NCBI RefSeq assembly: GCF_029932565.1
Contig: NZ_JAOZPV010000003.1
Location: 1-63,491, forward strand
Direction of reading: 5' to 3'
Source: Hydrogenimonas sp.
Lineage (GTDB): Bacteria; Campylobacterota; Campylobacteria; Campylobacterales; Hydrogenimonadaceae
Length of the DNA: 63,491 nucleotides
Shown here: in pieces, positions 41,720 through 50,654 of the stretch
How the letters are laid out: every line of letters begins with the position of its first letter
How positions within the stretch are numbered: the first letter of the stretch is position 1
Notes under the pieces: generated by a model
What the model saw: only the letters and a program-made list of their open reading frames with translations
The model's database searches: none
Told to the model about the DNA's origin: nothing
Position numbers and translations under genes: made by a program

Positions 41720-42807
41720 CGCCGGTCTGCCAGAAACGCTTTGACCGCTTCCTCATTGCCACGAAACATAATCCGGTCGAACCGTTTTTCGATCTGATAG
41801 TCATACATCGGATCATAATACTCTTTCAGGAGATAGGCGATCCAGATCTTATGACTCTCCGTCTCCCCGCTTTTTTGCTGCGTGCCATAGGCCTTCGCTA
41901 TCATCTGTCGCACCCGCATATGGCGCTCCCCACCAAGACGTCTGCGTATCCTGTCGACCGCGAGCAGCATATCTTCGAACCACTTTTCCATCGGATTGTC
42001 GAAACCCGCCTCTGCATACAGATTCTGTGCCTGAAGAACATACTCCTCAAACGTTATCTCGACCCGCTCTTCCAATGGCGTTTCCAGAATGACAAGCGGC
42101 GCCTCGGCCAGAGAGCCGCTCAAACGGTCGGGCAGATAGAGACGTCCGACATTTTTCCCCTCGTCTTCAAAGATCAGGTGACGGTAATGCCCGCGGCTCT
42201 TTTCGATCAGTTCGTACGCCAATGCATTCTCGAACGCGATCTGGGTCGGTTGCGGGGAGATTTTTCTGCCAAACGACGATCCCCGGTGGTTGGCGAGATG
42301 CTCCAGGTCGACGCTGTTGTCCAATGTATGCAGAAGCAGCGTTTTGCCCGAACCCGTCCGGCCGCCCAAAACGATGGGCTCAAACCGTTCGACAGATCGA
42401 TCCGATTCGTCGATGAGAAACCGCCGGAAGGCTTTGTAGCCTCCTTCGATGCGAACCACCTCGCAGCCCGCCTCGTAGATCCAACGCTGGGCGATCTGCG
42501 ACCGCTGGCCTCCCCGAAAACAGTAGAGCAGCGCCTCGGAATGTTTTTTCAAAAAATCGCACCACATCCGTACCCGATCCTCTTTGACCTCACCGCTAAC
42601 CAGTTCGTGACCCAGGGCCACCGCCGCTTCGTTGCCCTCCTCTTTGTACGTTATCCCCACCAGGTGACGCTCCCGGTCGCTCATCAGAGGAAGATTTACG
42701 GCACCGGGGAAGGCCCCTTTGGCAAACTCCATGGGGGCACGTACATCGATCAGAGGCCGTCGTTCCAGGACGATGGAGAGGTAGTTGTCACAAAGAGGCA
42801 GATCCAC
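41716..42807 (-). CDS. selU: tRNA 2-selenouridine synthase
   Basis: Rhodanese DVRAP.EF, YCFRGGQRS, GGYK, P-loop GRTGSGKT, ANHRGSSFG, EDEG, YYDPMY; GTG start just after the selD stop. Confidence 0.93.
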   Translation of the reverse strand: MDLPLCDNYLSIVLERRPLIDVRAPMEFAKGAFPGAVNLPLMSDRERHLVGITYKEEGNEAAVALGHELVSGEVKEDRVRMWCDFLKKHSEALLYCFRGGQRSQIAQRWIYEAGCEVVRIEGGYKAFRRFLIDESDRSVERFEPIVLGGRTGSGKTLLLHTLDNSVDLEHLANHRGSSFGRKISPQPTQIAFENALAYELIEKSRGHYRHLIFEDEGKNVGRLYLPDRLSGSLAEAPLVILETPLEERVEITFEEYVLQAQNLYAEAGFDNPMEKWFEDMLLAVDRIRRRLGGERHMRVRQMIAKAYGTQQKSGETESHKIWIAYLLKEYYDPMYDYQIEKRFDRIMFRGNEEAVKAFLADRR

Positions 42808-42808
42808 C

Positions 42809-43843
42809 CTATACCACCTCGATGGTGTGTTCGCCCGCTTCGTGGGTTTCTCCGATAGGCTCAAGCTCCAGGCCATGGCGCTCTGCAATCTCGTTGAAGG
42901 CTTCGACACCGGATTTGTCTACTACGACAAGCAGGCCGCCCGAGGTCTGGGCATCACAGAGGATCTCGCGCTCTCGCAGACTCATGTCGGAGATTTTGTG
43001 CCCATAGCTCTTGAAGTTTTTCCGCGCACCTCCGGGGATGCACCCCAGCTCTCTGTACTTTTCCACATTGGGCAGCAGTGGCACCTTCTCGAACCATATC
43101 GTCGCACCGATGCCGCTTCCTTCGCAGATTTCACTCAAGTGTCCCAGTAGACCGAAGCCTGTGACATCGGTCATGGCACTGACGCACTCCAGTTTCGCGA
43201 AATCGCTGCCAGCCTTGTTGAGCGTGGTCATCGCCTCGATGGCGGGGAGGATCTCGTCACCCTCGATCTTTTTCTGTTTCTGAGCTGTCGACAAAATACC
43301 GATGCCGAGAGGTTTGGTTAAAAAAATGTAGCTCTCTTTTCTGGCCGTGTCGTTTCGCATCAGAAACCGGTTCTCCACAATCCCGGTCGCCGCCAGTCCA
43401 AAAATAGGCTCAGGCGAATCGATGGAGTGTCCGCCGGCAAGGGGAATACCGGCCTCCTCACATACGGAGCGTCCGCCTTCGATCACCTCCCTGGCAACAT
43501 CCGCCGAAAGTTTGTCGACCGGCCAGCCGAAAATCGATATGGCCATAAGCGGTCTTCCTCCCATCGCGTAGATATCGCTCAATGCGTTCGTGCCGGCAAT
43601 TTTGCCGAAAAGAAAAGGATCGTCGACGATCGGCATGAAAAAATCGGTTGTCGAAAGCACCGACATGCCGTTTCCAAGATCGTATGCCGCAGCATCGTCT
43701 CTGCTGTCGTTTCCAACCAGCAGCTGCGGATATGCGCGAACCGGCTCCACACCTGCCAGAATCTCTTCGAGCAGCATCGGCGAAATTTTGCAGCCGCATC
43801 CGGCCCCGTGGCTATATTCGGTCAGTTTCACTTTTTCGGACAT
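42809..43843 (-). CDS. selD: Selenide, water dikinase (Cys form)
   Basis: HGAGCGCK, DDAA, TTDFF.PIVDDP, AGGHSI, TDVTGFGL.GH, DAQTSGGLL. Confidence 0.96.
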   Translation of the reverse strand: MSEKVKLTEYSHGAGCGCKISPMLLEEILAGVEPVRAYPQLLVGNDSRDDAAAYDLGNGMSVLSTTDFFMPIVDDPFLFGKIAGTNALSDIYAMGGRPLMAISIFGWPVDKLSADVAREVIEGGRSVCEEAGIPLAGGHSIDSPEPIFGLAATGIVENRFLMRNDTARKESYIFLTKPLGIGILSTAQKQKKIEGDEILPAIEAMTTLNKAGSDFAKLECVSAMTDVTGFGLLGHLSEICEGSGIGATIWFEKVPLLPNVEKYRELGCIPGGARKNFKSYGHKISDMSLREREILCDAQTSGGLLVVVDKSGVEAFNEIAERHGLELEPIGETHEAGEHTIEVV

Positions 43844-43896
43844 TCTTATACCTTCTTGGATATACTTTTGGAAATTATATCACTCGGGAGTTAAAA

Positions 43897-44364
43897 GTGG
43901 TTATCGATATCCCCTCTCACAAAACGCTTGACATCCGCCATATCGTCTGTGACTACAACGGCACGATAGCAAAAGACGGCAAACTCCTCGAAGAGGTTCC
44001 CGAACTGTTTCACAAACTTTCCGAACGCTACACGGTCCATGTCGTAACGGCCGACACGTTCGGAAGCGTCGAAAAGGAGCTCGAAGGGACCGATGCCAAC
44101 ATCAAAATCCTGACAACGACAAACCATACGAAAGAAAAAGAGGATTTTGTCCAACTGCTTGGAGCCGACCGGTGTGCCGCTGTCGGCAACGGCAGCAACG
44201 ATGCAGATATGCTGAAAAGTTCGGCGATCGGAATATCGATAGTGGGAGGCGAGGGGTGCAGCACACGCGCACTGATGAACAGCGATCTTGCGTGCAATAC
44301 AGTTCGGGATGCTCTGGAACTCTTTCTCTATCCAAAACGTCTCATCGCCTCGCTGAGGCGATGA
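43897..44364 (+). CDS. HAD-family hydrolase (soluble P-type ATPase-like)
   Basis: CDYNGT.A.DG, TADTFG, VGNG.ND..ML, PKRLIASLR; GTG start with GGGAG RBS. Confidence 0.85.
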   Translation: MVIDIPSHKTLDIRHIVCDYNGTIAKDGKLLEEVPELFHKLSERYTVHVVTADTFGSVEKELEGTDANIKILTTTNHTKEKEDFVQLLGADRCAAVGNGSNDADMLKSSAIGISIVGGEGCSTRALMNSDLACNTVRDALELFLYPKRLIASLRR

Positions 44365-44374
44365 GAACGGCCCA

Positions 44375-45739
44375 TTATGCGAGCAGGTCGTTGATGACCG
44401 GATTGCCGTGTGTCAGAATTTCAGGGTTTTTGATTCCGTACATTTTATAAATGGTCGCGGCAATACTGAACGCCTGGAAAGTATAGGAACCGTTTTTCGG
44501 CCTTGTATAGATACGTGCATTGCTTCCTGTCACTTCCGTTTCGCCAACGATACCCAGATGGTTCATATAATCACGTCCCCCGAACCAGTAGACATTCTGA
44601 TTGTTGCCGTGATCCCATCCGAGTGAGTTGTTGTAATTGACATTTCGGCCAAATTCGCCGAAAACAACGATGTTGATATTGCTTTTTCCCGCCGCCTGCA
44701 TATGAGCCAGCGCCGCTTCGATCGCTTCCATCAGTTGTGTCATACGTCGGGTATAACGGTCGATGGCGTTGGAGTGGTCATCCCACCCACCGAGACCCGG
44801 ACTGCCCATACTGACGACTTTCGTATGTTCGTTGAAGATCAGCAGATTCATCGCTGTTTTCAGACGGCTCGCAAATACATTGTTTTCCGGATAGGTGACA
44901 CCCGCCGGCAAAGCGATATTGTTGATATCGTTCGCAAACTGCTCAAGCGTCACACGCCGCTCGAACGCTTCCCTGATTTTTCCCGTCGGATTGTATTTCT
45001 GCGCCATCGTATCAAGATAGTTCGCCACCGTCTGATTCGTCTCCTTGTTCAGAACACGTGATTCGCTGCAGGACATGGACCGTTTGTAGGGGTTGTCCGA
45101 ACCACTGCCGAAGGCGACGGGTTTGAGAAAGGCATTCAGATTCAGATCATCTTCATAGAAAAACGTCGATTCGCCCTCCATCGTGACAAAAGGAATACTT
45201 TTTCCAATATCGTCCGTCCCGGAAGGTTCATCCACCATACCCTTGTGGTAGAGAATCGAAGCGAGATTGGCAACGACACCCGCTCCCCCCTCGGTATCTT
45301 TCCCGCGCTGCGCCTGGGATGTACACTCGCCATGGGCCTTGAGATTGTCGACCGTGCGGTAGCATGTCCTGAAAATGTTCATATCGCCGGATGCGAGCAT
45401 CCGTTCCATTGCATCACCACCGGCATTTCCCCAAAACTTGTTTGTGGTAATACGCATGTAGTTGTCGTTACCGAGTGGATAGGGATTTTGACTCTTTTCG
45501 CTGATCTCCTCGATGTTGGTCAAATTGCCTGCCAATTCGGACGGTCCGCCATAGAGGTAGACAATGATTGTCTGGGCATTGTTGTTTTCGTAGACGTTTG
45601 GATCAAACTGGATGCTGCTGTAATCAAGATCGGCACTTTTCAACGAGAGTGGCATGATCGAGGAAAGACCCAGGGCACCCAGCCCTTTCAGAAAATGTCT
45701 CCGGTTAAAGTGTGTTTCGTTCAAACTGTTTTGTTTCAT
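44375..45739 (-). CDS. DUF1501-family protein with Tat signal
   Basis: NRRHFLK twin-arginine leader; YLYGG, GGWDDH, GEFGR, GWDHG motifs. Confidence 0.85.
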   Translation of the reverse strand: MKQNSLNETHFNRRHFLKGLGALGLSSIMPLSLKSADLDYSSIQFDPNVYENNNAQTIIVYLYGGPSELAGNLTNIEEISEKSQNPYPLGNDNYMRITTNKFWGNAGGDAMERMLASGDMNIFRTCYRTVDNLKAHGECTSQAQRGKDTEGGAGVVANLASILYHKGMVDEPSGTDDIGKSIPFVTMEGESTFFYEDDLNLNAFLKPVAFGSGSDNPYKRSMSCSESRVLNKETNQTVANYLDTMAQKYNPTGKIREAFERRVTLEQFANDINNIALPAGVTYPENNVFASRLKTAMNLLIFNEHTKVVSMGSPGLGGWDDHSNAIDRYTRRMTQLMEAIEAALAHMQAAGKSNINIVVFGEFGRNVNYNNSLGWDHGNNQNVYWFGGRDYMNHLGIVGETEVTGSNARIYTRPKNGSYTFQAFSIAATIYKMYGIKNPEILTHGNPVINDLLA

Positions 45740-45748
45740 CATAACTCC

Positions 45749-47920
45749 CTATTTCACTGCTTCAAACTCATAAATAGTGCTGAGCCTGGAAAGATAACTC
45801 AGGACAACCTGTGAAAAGTATCCTCGCTCTTTGAGATCGTCGACCTCCTTGCTGTTGCCGTAGATATCGAGCCAGCTGTTATTGTCGAATCGGTTGTCGT
45901 CGTCTTTGCTGTTGTCGATCAGGTCCACAAGAAACTCCAGCTCTTCGCTGTTGGCTTCACGCCCTGCAATCGGAACGAACAGGTGATTTACAATATATTC
46001 CGCACGAAGACGTTCGTTGGCATTCCATTCGTCCCGATCGATGATCTTTCTGCTGTTCAGATCAAACTCCGTCGCGCTGAAAAGCGACTGCGGCATATTT
46101 TCGAACAGCTCTTTCAACGGCCAACCATCGTCGCTGCTTTCAAACGAAAGGTCCTTTGTATAGTTGATCATGATATTGTCCCGAATCGTTTTATGGAACC
46201 ACGCAAACGACTGGGAGTCGAGAGGCACCTCCACTTTTCGCCCCAGCTTGTAGCGCATTGTCGATTGGTGCATTTTGTCGAGGTTTTTCGCGATATAGTA
46301 GAAAGAGTTCTTTTTCGGAACCCAGTGAAGCGTCTTGGCAATCTGGAAGAACGCCTCTTCGAACGATTTCGTTTTGTTCGAATTGAGCAGATACGCTTTC
46401 GAATAGACGATCTGTTTCAGCAATCCGGTCCATGTCGCCGGACGGCTCGAAATGATCTGATTCACGACGCTCTGTTTCTGTGATTCCGTATAGTTCGGAA
46501 AATAGATATCGACAAGTCGTCGTGTAACGGTTGGCACAAAACTTGGCTGAAGTACGAGTGTGCTGTAGAAATCGGTTCCGTTTCGGATCACGCGACCGGG
46601 AAAGAGATCGGTGATCGGCTCGACATTTTCGTCGAGTGTAACAACCAGTGTATTGGATCGGCGGTCGAGTTTCCAGTTCTGCAGAGCTTTTCCGGCAAGC
46701 GGGACGTGTGCATCTTCAAAATCCATGTTGTATATTTCGAGCATTTCACGGCCATTGTCTTCCGGACTTCTGAAGCGCCGCCAGTTCTCATCTGTCATCA
46801 TATGGGTAAAGGTGACCCACTGCAGGCTGAATCCCTCATCGAAATCGCGTACGAGATCGCCATAGACATCGATCGCATCGACGGTATAGACCGTATCCAG
46901 TTCGTATGCCGGCGAAAAGAGAATGGTCTGGCTCAACACATAGGCAGCCCAACGATTGAGGTAGGCACGGCCCGGCTCGAGGAAATAGATGCGTCCAAGC
47001 ATTTTCGCAACGAGCTTGTGATCACCCCAGCCACCACTGTAATCATAGAGTTTCTCTTCGATTGCGGCAATGTCGGATTTGCTGTTGTCACGATCGAAAA
47101 GTGCCCGTGTTTCCGAAATGAATCGGCCGGAATTGACCGCTTCCGTAAATTGCTCATAGTCGGCACCGTAGAAAAAAGTACCATAGAGTTTCAACGCAAC
47201 TTCATATTTTTCATCTTGTGAAAGGGCATTGAACTCTGAATCCGTAAGCGGGGCGAGACCGTATTGATCGTAATCGAGCTCTTCTCCCATCACCGGAATA
47301 TTGTACAGGACGGGACCCGATGCATACTGGTTGAACGCATTTTCGTCGGTCAACCGGATATCGTGTCCCTTTCCGATATCGATATATTTCGCATAGGTTT
47401 CCTGCAGATGCGCCTCCGCCTCCGCATAGGAAACGGGTGTAATCTCAAGGGAAGGAAGTTTGTCTTTGATATCGGCTATTACCTCTTCAAGATCGTCTTC
47501 GTTGTCCGGCACATCTACGATACCGTTTTGATTGAGTACATCGACAACCTCCTGCTTGATTTCGATTCCGTTCGAAGGATCACCGTCGGCATCGCACGAC
47601 TGCAGCAGTGCCGCGACTTTCGGATTGCTCTCGATGATGACGGCACCCTCGGCCAACTCTGTGGCTTTGAGAGTCCGAAGGGCGATGTTTCCGAGCTTGA
47701 ACGAACACTCTTTTCCGACTTCGAAATGGAAGGCTCCTTCACTGTCCGTCGTTCCACTCAGCCCGCCACATCGATACGTGACTCCGCTGACTGCGGCATC
47801 GATATAATACGCCTTTCCGCTGGCGGTGGTGGATGAAGAGCCACCACCTCCGCAACCTATCATGAAAACCCCGGCCATGGCGATCATGGCATGCTGTATT
47901 GAGAAAATATGTCTACTCAT
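45749..47920 (-). CDS. Large lipoprotein with a divergent DUF1800-like C-terminal region
   Basis: Lipobox MIG-C then GGGGSSS linker; DADGDPSNG; PEDNGREMLEIY resembles the DUF1800 P.ENYARE..ELF motif; directly upstream of DUF1501. Confidence 0.7.
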   Translation of the reverse strand: MSRHIFSIQHAMIAMAGVFMIGCGGGGSSSTTASGKAYYIDAAVSGVTYRCGGLSGTTDSEGAFHFEVGKECSFKLGNIALRTLKATELAEGAVIIESNPKVAALLQSCDADGDPSNGIEIKQEVVDVLNQNGIVDVPDNEDDLEEVIADIKDKLPSLEITPVSYAEAEAHLQETYAKYIDIGKGHDIRLTDENAFNQYASGPVLYNIPVMGEELDYDQYGLAPLTDSEFNALSQDEKYEVALKLYGTFFYGADYEQFTEAVNSGRFISETRALFDRDNSKSDIAAIEEKLYDYSGGWGDHKLVAKMLGRIYFLEPGRAYLNRWAAYVLSQTILFSPAYELDTVYTVDAIDVYGDLVRDFDEGFSLQWVTFTHMMTDENWRRFRSPEDNGREMLEIYNMDFEDAHVPLAGKALQNWKLDRRSNTLVVTLDENVEPITDLFPGRVIRNGTDFYSTLVLQPSFVPTVTRRLVDIYFPNYTESQKQSVVNQIISSRPATWTGLLKQIVYSKAYLLNSNKTKSFEEAFFQIAKTLHWVPKKNSFYYIAKNLDKMHQSTMRYKLGRKVEVPLDSQSFAWFHKTIRDNIMINYTKDLSFESSDDGWPLKELFENMPQSLFSATEFDLNSRKIIDRDEWNANERLRAEYIVNHLFVPIAGREANSEELEFLVDLIDNSKDDDNRFDNNSWLDIYGNSKEVDDLKERGYFSQVVLSYLSRLSTIYEFEAVK

Positions 47921-48137
47921 ATTTCTTCCTTTATTTGATGAATCGCACGCGTACCCGACTACACATTGAGAATAAATAGATCTCATGTGTACTCAGGTAT
48001 TGAACAATCCTATTATATAACCAAGCAAAACGTTTTTGTTCCGCTATTCACAGTGATTAACCAGGTGTTAATGAAGAGGGAGAGAAAAGACATTGAAAGG
48101 TTACAAGGGAGTAACATACTCTTACCTTTATGGCGGT

Positions 48138-48229
48138 AAAGAGGCAACCTGGCGATCTTCCAAACAGATTTTCGAAGACCCATGGCTTTCCGTCCCTGCT
48201 TCACAACAGGTTTGGCAACTGAACTCCCA
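48138..48229 (-). ncRNA. c-di-GMP-I (GEMM) riboswitch aptamer
   Basis: Minus strand GGGAG..GCCAAACCUGUU-GUGA-AGCAGGGACGGAAAGCCAUGGGUCUUC...GAAGAUCGCCAGGUUGCCUCUU: P2 with GNRA loop, GACG.AAAGCC junction, P3, GGUUGCC. Confidence 0.9.
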
Positions 48230-48295
48230 ATTCTAACTTAAGGAGACTTAATTGTTTTTAAGTAATAAAAATTAGCCTGTTTACATTTATTTATA

Positions 48296-49852
48296 TTACT
48301 CCTCCAGTTCCCCCACAATCTCGGCCATCCATGCTTTGTCGATTTTGTGCCGGGCGCCACGATAGATATTTTCTTCGAGTTTCTTGAGAGCCATCTCTAT
48401 CTCTCTGTCCTCTTTGGCATAGGGGAGAAGAAGATTGAACAGCTCTTTGTCGCTCCTTGCCCGACGAATCTCTCTGACGATATCGATCTCCTTTTTACGA
48501 CCCATCCGTTTCTTCAGATATCCAAAGCCATACACAATACCTCCCCCCAGCACCATACCAAGAATCAGCAATCCGATAGACGCCCAGGTTGGAACCATAC
48601 CCGTTGACGACACGGATTCCTCGGTGGCGTTGTGACTCGCCGTCGATTCGCTTTTTTCGATTCCATTGCTCTTTTGAATCTTTTCGGCCTCTTTCGTGCC
48701 GGCTTTTACCCCGCCAACAACATGGATGAAAATAGGAGCTGTCCTCTTTTCGACGACCTTCTGTTCCCGCTTGTCGAAATAGCGCAGAACGAATGACGGT
48801 ACCATGAAGTCCCGGTCCGCCACGACCGTGATATTCTGCTTGAACGTACCGCCGTATACACCGTTTTTCAGCCACTCCTTGACGATGGGTTCGTCGGCGT
48901 AGACGACCGCGCCCGAAATCTCTGGTTCGAACTTTTTGATATCTTCGATATTCCCTTCCCCCTCTACACTGACAGTGATACGCACCGGCTTGTTCACTTC
49001 GACATCCGTCCGGTCGGCCTCGGCACGTATTGTAAACGTGCCATAGAGCTCGACCCCGCCCGGAAGCGGATCGACATCGATCGTGACGCTGTTGGAGGCA
49101 ATACGGGTCCATTGAAGTCTCGCAAAAAACCCGTTAAAGAAATCGTCGTCGAAAAAGGGATCGTTGATGGGCGGTTTTACCCGGACACGTTTGGCGATTT
49201 TCGCTGTAAGAGGTCCCAGTTTGTAGCTGCCGGGTTTCTGGGGAAATATGAGATAGCGATGTTTTTCGACAATATACCCGTTCTCATGCAGACGCTCCAC
49301 ATCGCCAACCTTTTTGATCCAGAAATTGGCAAACTCCGGTTTCTGCAGATCGATCTGGGCAAAATTGCTCCCCTCTTTGTATCGCATCGAGAGGATCATT
49401 TCCACCGGTTCGCCCACGACCACGTGTCGTTTGTCCACCTCGATGCCGAGCTTCGCTTCGCCATTCTGCCCACCGGAAGGTTTGGGTGCACCGGTCACGC
49501 GGACTTCCAGCGGATCGGTTTTCAGCTCATCACCATCGACTTTTACGGTCAGTGCAGGAATTGTCACGCTGCGCATCGGTGCGAATGTGTAGCTTTTGGT
49601 GAAACTCTTGTCGATATGGCCGTTGACGATGGAGATGCTGGACCGCTGGGACGTCCCAAGTACCGGGAATCCACCGATCTCTTTGACAACCGGGAACTCC
49701 ACATCCTGACCCTGGGCGGTGATCGAGAAGGTCACGGTATCACCAGATACCACCTCTTTTTTGTCGACACTGACGGAGACGCCGCCCGCGAAAAGCTGCA
49801 GCATTGCCGTCAGAAGTATCGCCACAATCATGTTACCAGGGAGTCGTCTCAT
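48296..49852 (-). CDS. batD: BatD-family protein
   Basis: Signal peptide, repeated Ig-like segments, SISIVNG, C-terminal TM helix; last gene of the bat operon. Confidence 0.85.
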   Translation of the reverse strand: MRRLPGNMIVAILLTAMLQLFAGGVSVSVDKKEVVSGDTVTFSITAQGQDVEFPVVKEIGGFPVLGTSQRSSISIVNGHIDKSFTKSYTFAPMRSVTIPALTVKVDGDELKTDPLEVRVTGAPKPSGGQNGEAKLGIEVDKRHVVVGEPVEMILSMRYKEGSNFAQIDLQKPEFANFWIKKVGDVERLHENGYIVEKHRYLIFPQKPGSYKLGPLTAKIAKRVRVKPPINDPFFDDDFFNGFFARLQWTRIASNSVTIDVDPLPGGVELYGTFTIRAEADRTDVEVNKPVRITVSVEGEGNIEDIKKFEPEISGAVVYADEPIVKEWLKNGVYGGTFKQNITVVADRDFMVPSFVLRYFDKREQKVVEKRTAPIFIHVVGGVKAGTKEAEKIQKSNGIEKSESTASHNATEESVSSTGMVPTWASIGLLILGMVLGGGIVYGFGYLKKRMGRKKEIDIVREIRRARSDKELFNLLLPYAKEDREIEMALKKLEENIYRGARHKIDKAWMAEIVGELEE

Positions 49853-50654
49853 CCTCACTCCTTTCTCCCTTTTTCGTCGGCACAGGCAGCATCAGCGTAT
49901 GAATATCCCGCCGGTTCAGCACCTTCTCCCATTTTCTCAGCTCCATGTCGCTTATCGGTTCGTTTTTTTGCATCGCCTGTCGCATCGCTTCCATCTCTTT
50001 TTTGTCGCTCGATTCTCTCTTTTTCTTCTCTCTCTTTCGCTGTCCATCTTCCGCTTTTTGTTTCTCACCGTCCCTCTCTCTCTTTTGACGCTCTTTTTGG
50101 CCCGCATGGTCCCGATCGTTCTGCTGACTCTTGCTTTGCCCTTTCTGACGGCTTTGCTGATCCTGCTGATCCTCTTGATTCTGCTGATTTTGTTGGTTCT
50201 TTCCGCTCCTGTTCTGGTCTTGCTCTTTCTGCTGCTTCTGCTCTTTCTTCTTCTTTTTTATCGTTTTGAGCAGTTCCAGATTGAAACGGGTATCGGCATC
50301 CTCTTTGATCTTCAGAGCCTCTTCGTAAGCCATGATCCCTTCGTCCAGATTGCCGAGTCTGGCATAGGTATTGCCGAGATTGTGCCATTTTTGAAACTGC
50401 AGTTCGGGTTTTTGTACCGATTTGAAGAGCTCCAGGGCTCTGGAATAGTCACCCGCTTTGTACCAGGCATCACCCGCATCGAGTTTCGCTTCGTCGGCAC
50501 CTGTCGCCTTCACGGCCTCTTCATAGAGTTTCGCCGATTTTTCGAATGCTTTGGCCTCGTAGGCATCCCGCGCCTTCTTGAGCGTCCAGAAATCGAGCAT
50601 ACCCCCCTGCAATGTCATCGTCGTGAGAAGTGAGAGAAACATCCACGATCTCAT
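49833..50654 (-). CDS. TPR protein, BatC-like
   Basis: TPR (HNLGNTY, YEEAL, RFNLEL) followed by a Q/K/E-rich low-complexity tail. Confidence 0.82.
   Translation of the reverse strand: MRSWMFLSLLTTMTLQGGMLDFWTLKKARDAYEAKAFEKSAKLYEEAVKATGADEAKLDAGDAWYKAGDYSRALELFKSVQKPELQFQKWHNLGNTYARLGNLDEGIMAYEEALKIKEDADTRFNLELLKTIKKKKKEQKQQKEQDQNRSGKNQQNQQNQEDQQDQQSRQKGQSKSQQNDRDHAGQKERQKRERDGEKQKAEDGQRKREKKKRESSDKKEMEAMRQAMQKNEPISDMELRKWEKVLNRRDIHTLMLPVPTKKGERSEDETTPW

Noticed and set aside
43780-43812. Possible selenocysteine in SelD or in the hydrogenases
   Set aside because: SelD reads GAGCGCK with Cys codons and both large subunits have Cys in L2; no in-frame TGA readthrough is needed.
48013-48204. 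63-aa ORF upstream of the lipoprotein
   Set aside because: Overlaps the riboswitch and leader; no RBS or protein-like features.
49990-50260. Repetitive sequence in batC as a tandem repeat or CRISPR
   Set aside because: It is the normal Q/K/E-rich coding tail of BatC-like proteins; no repeat-spacer periodicity.
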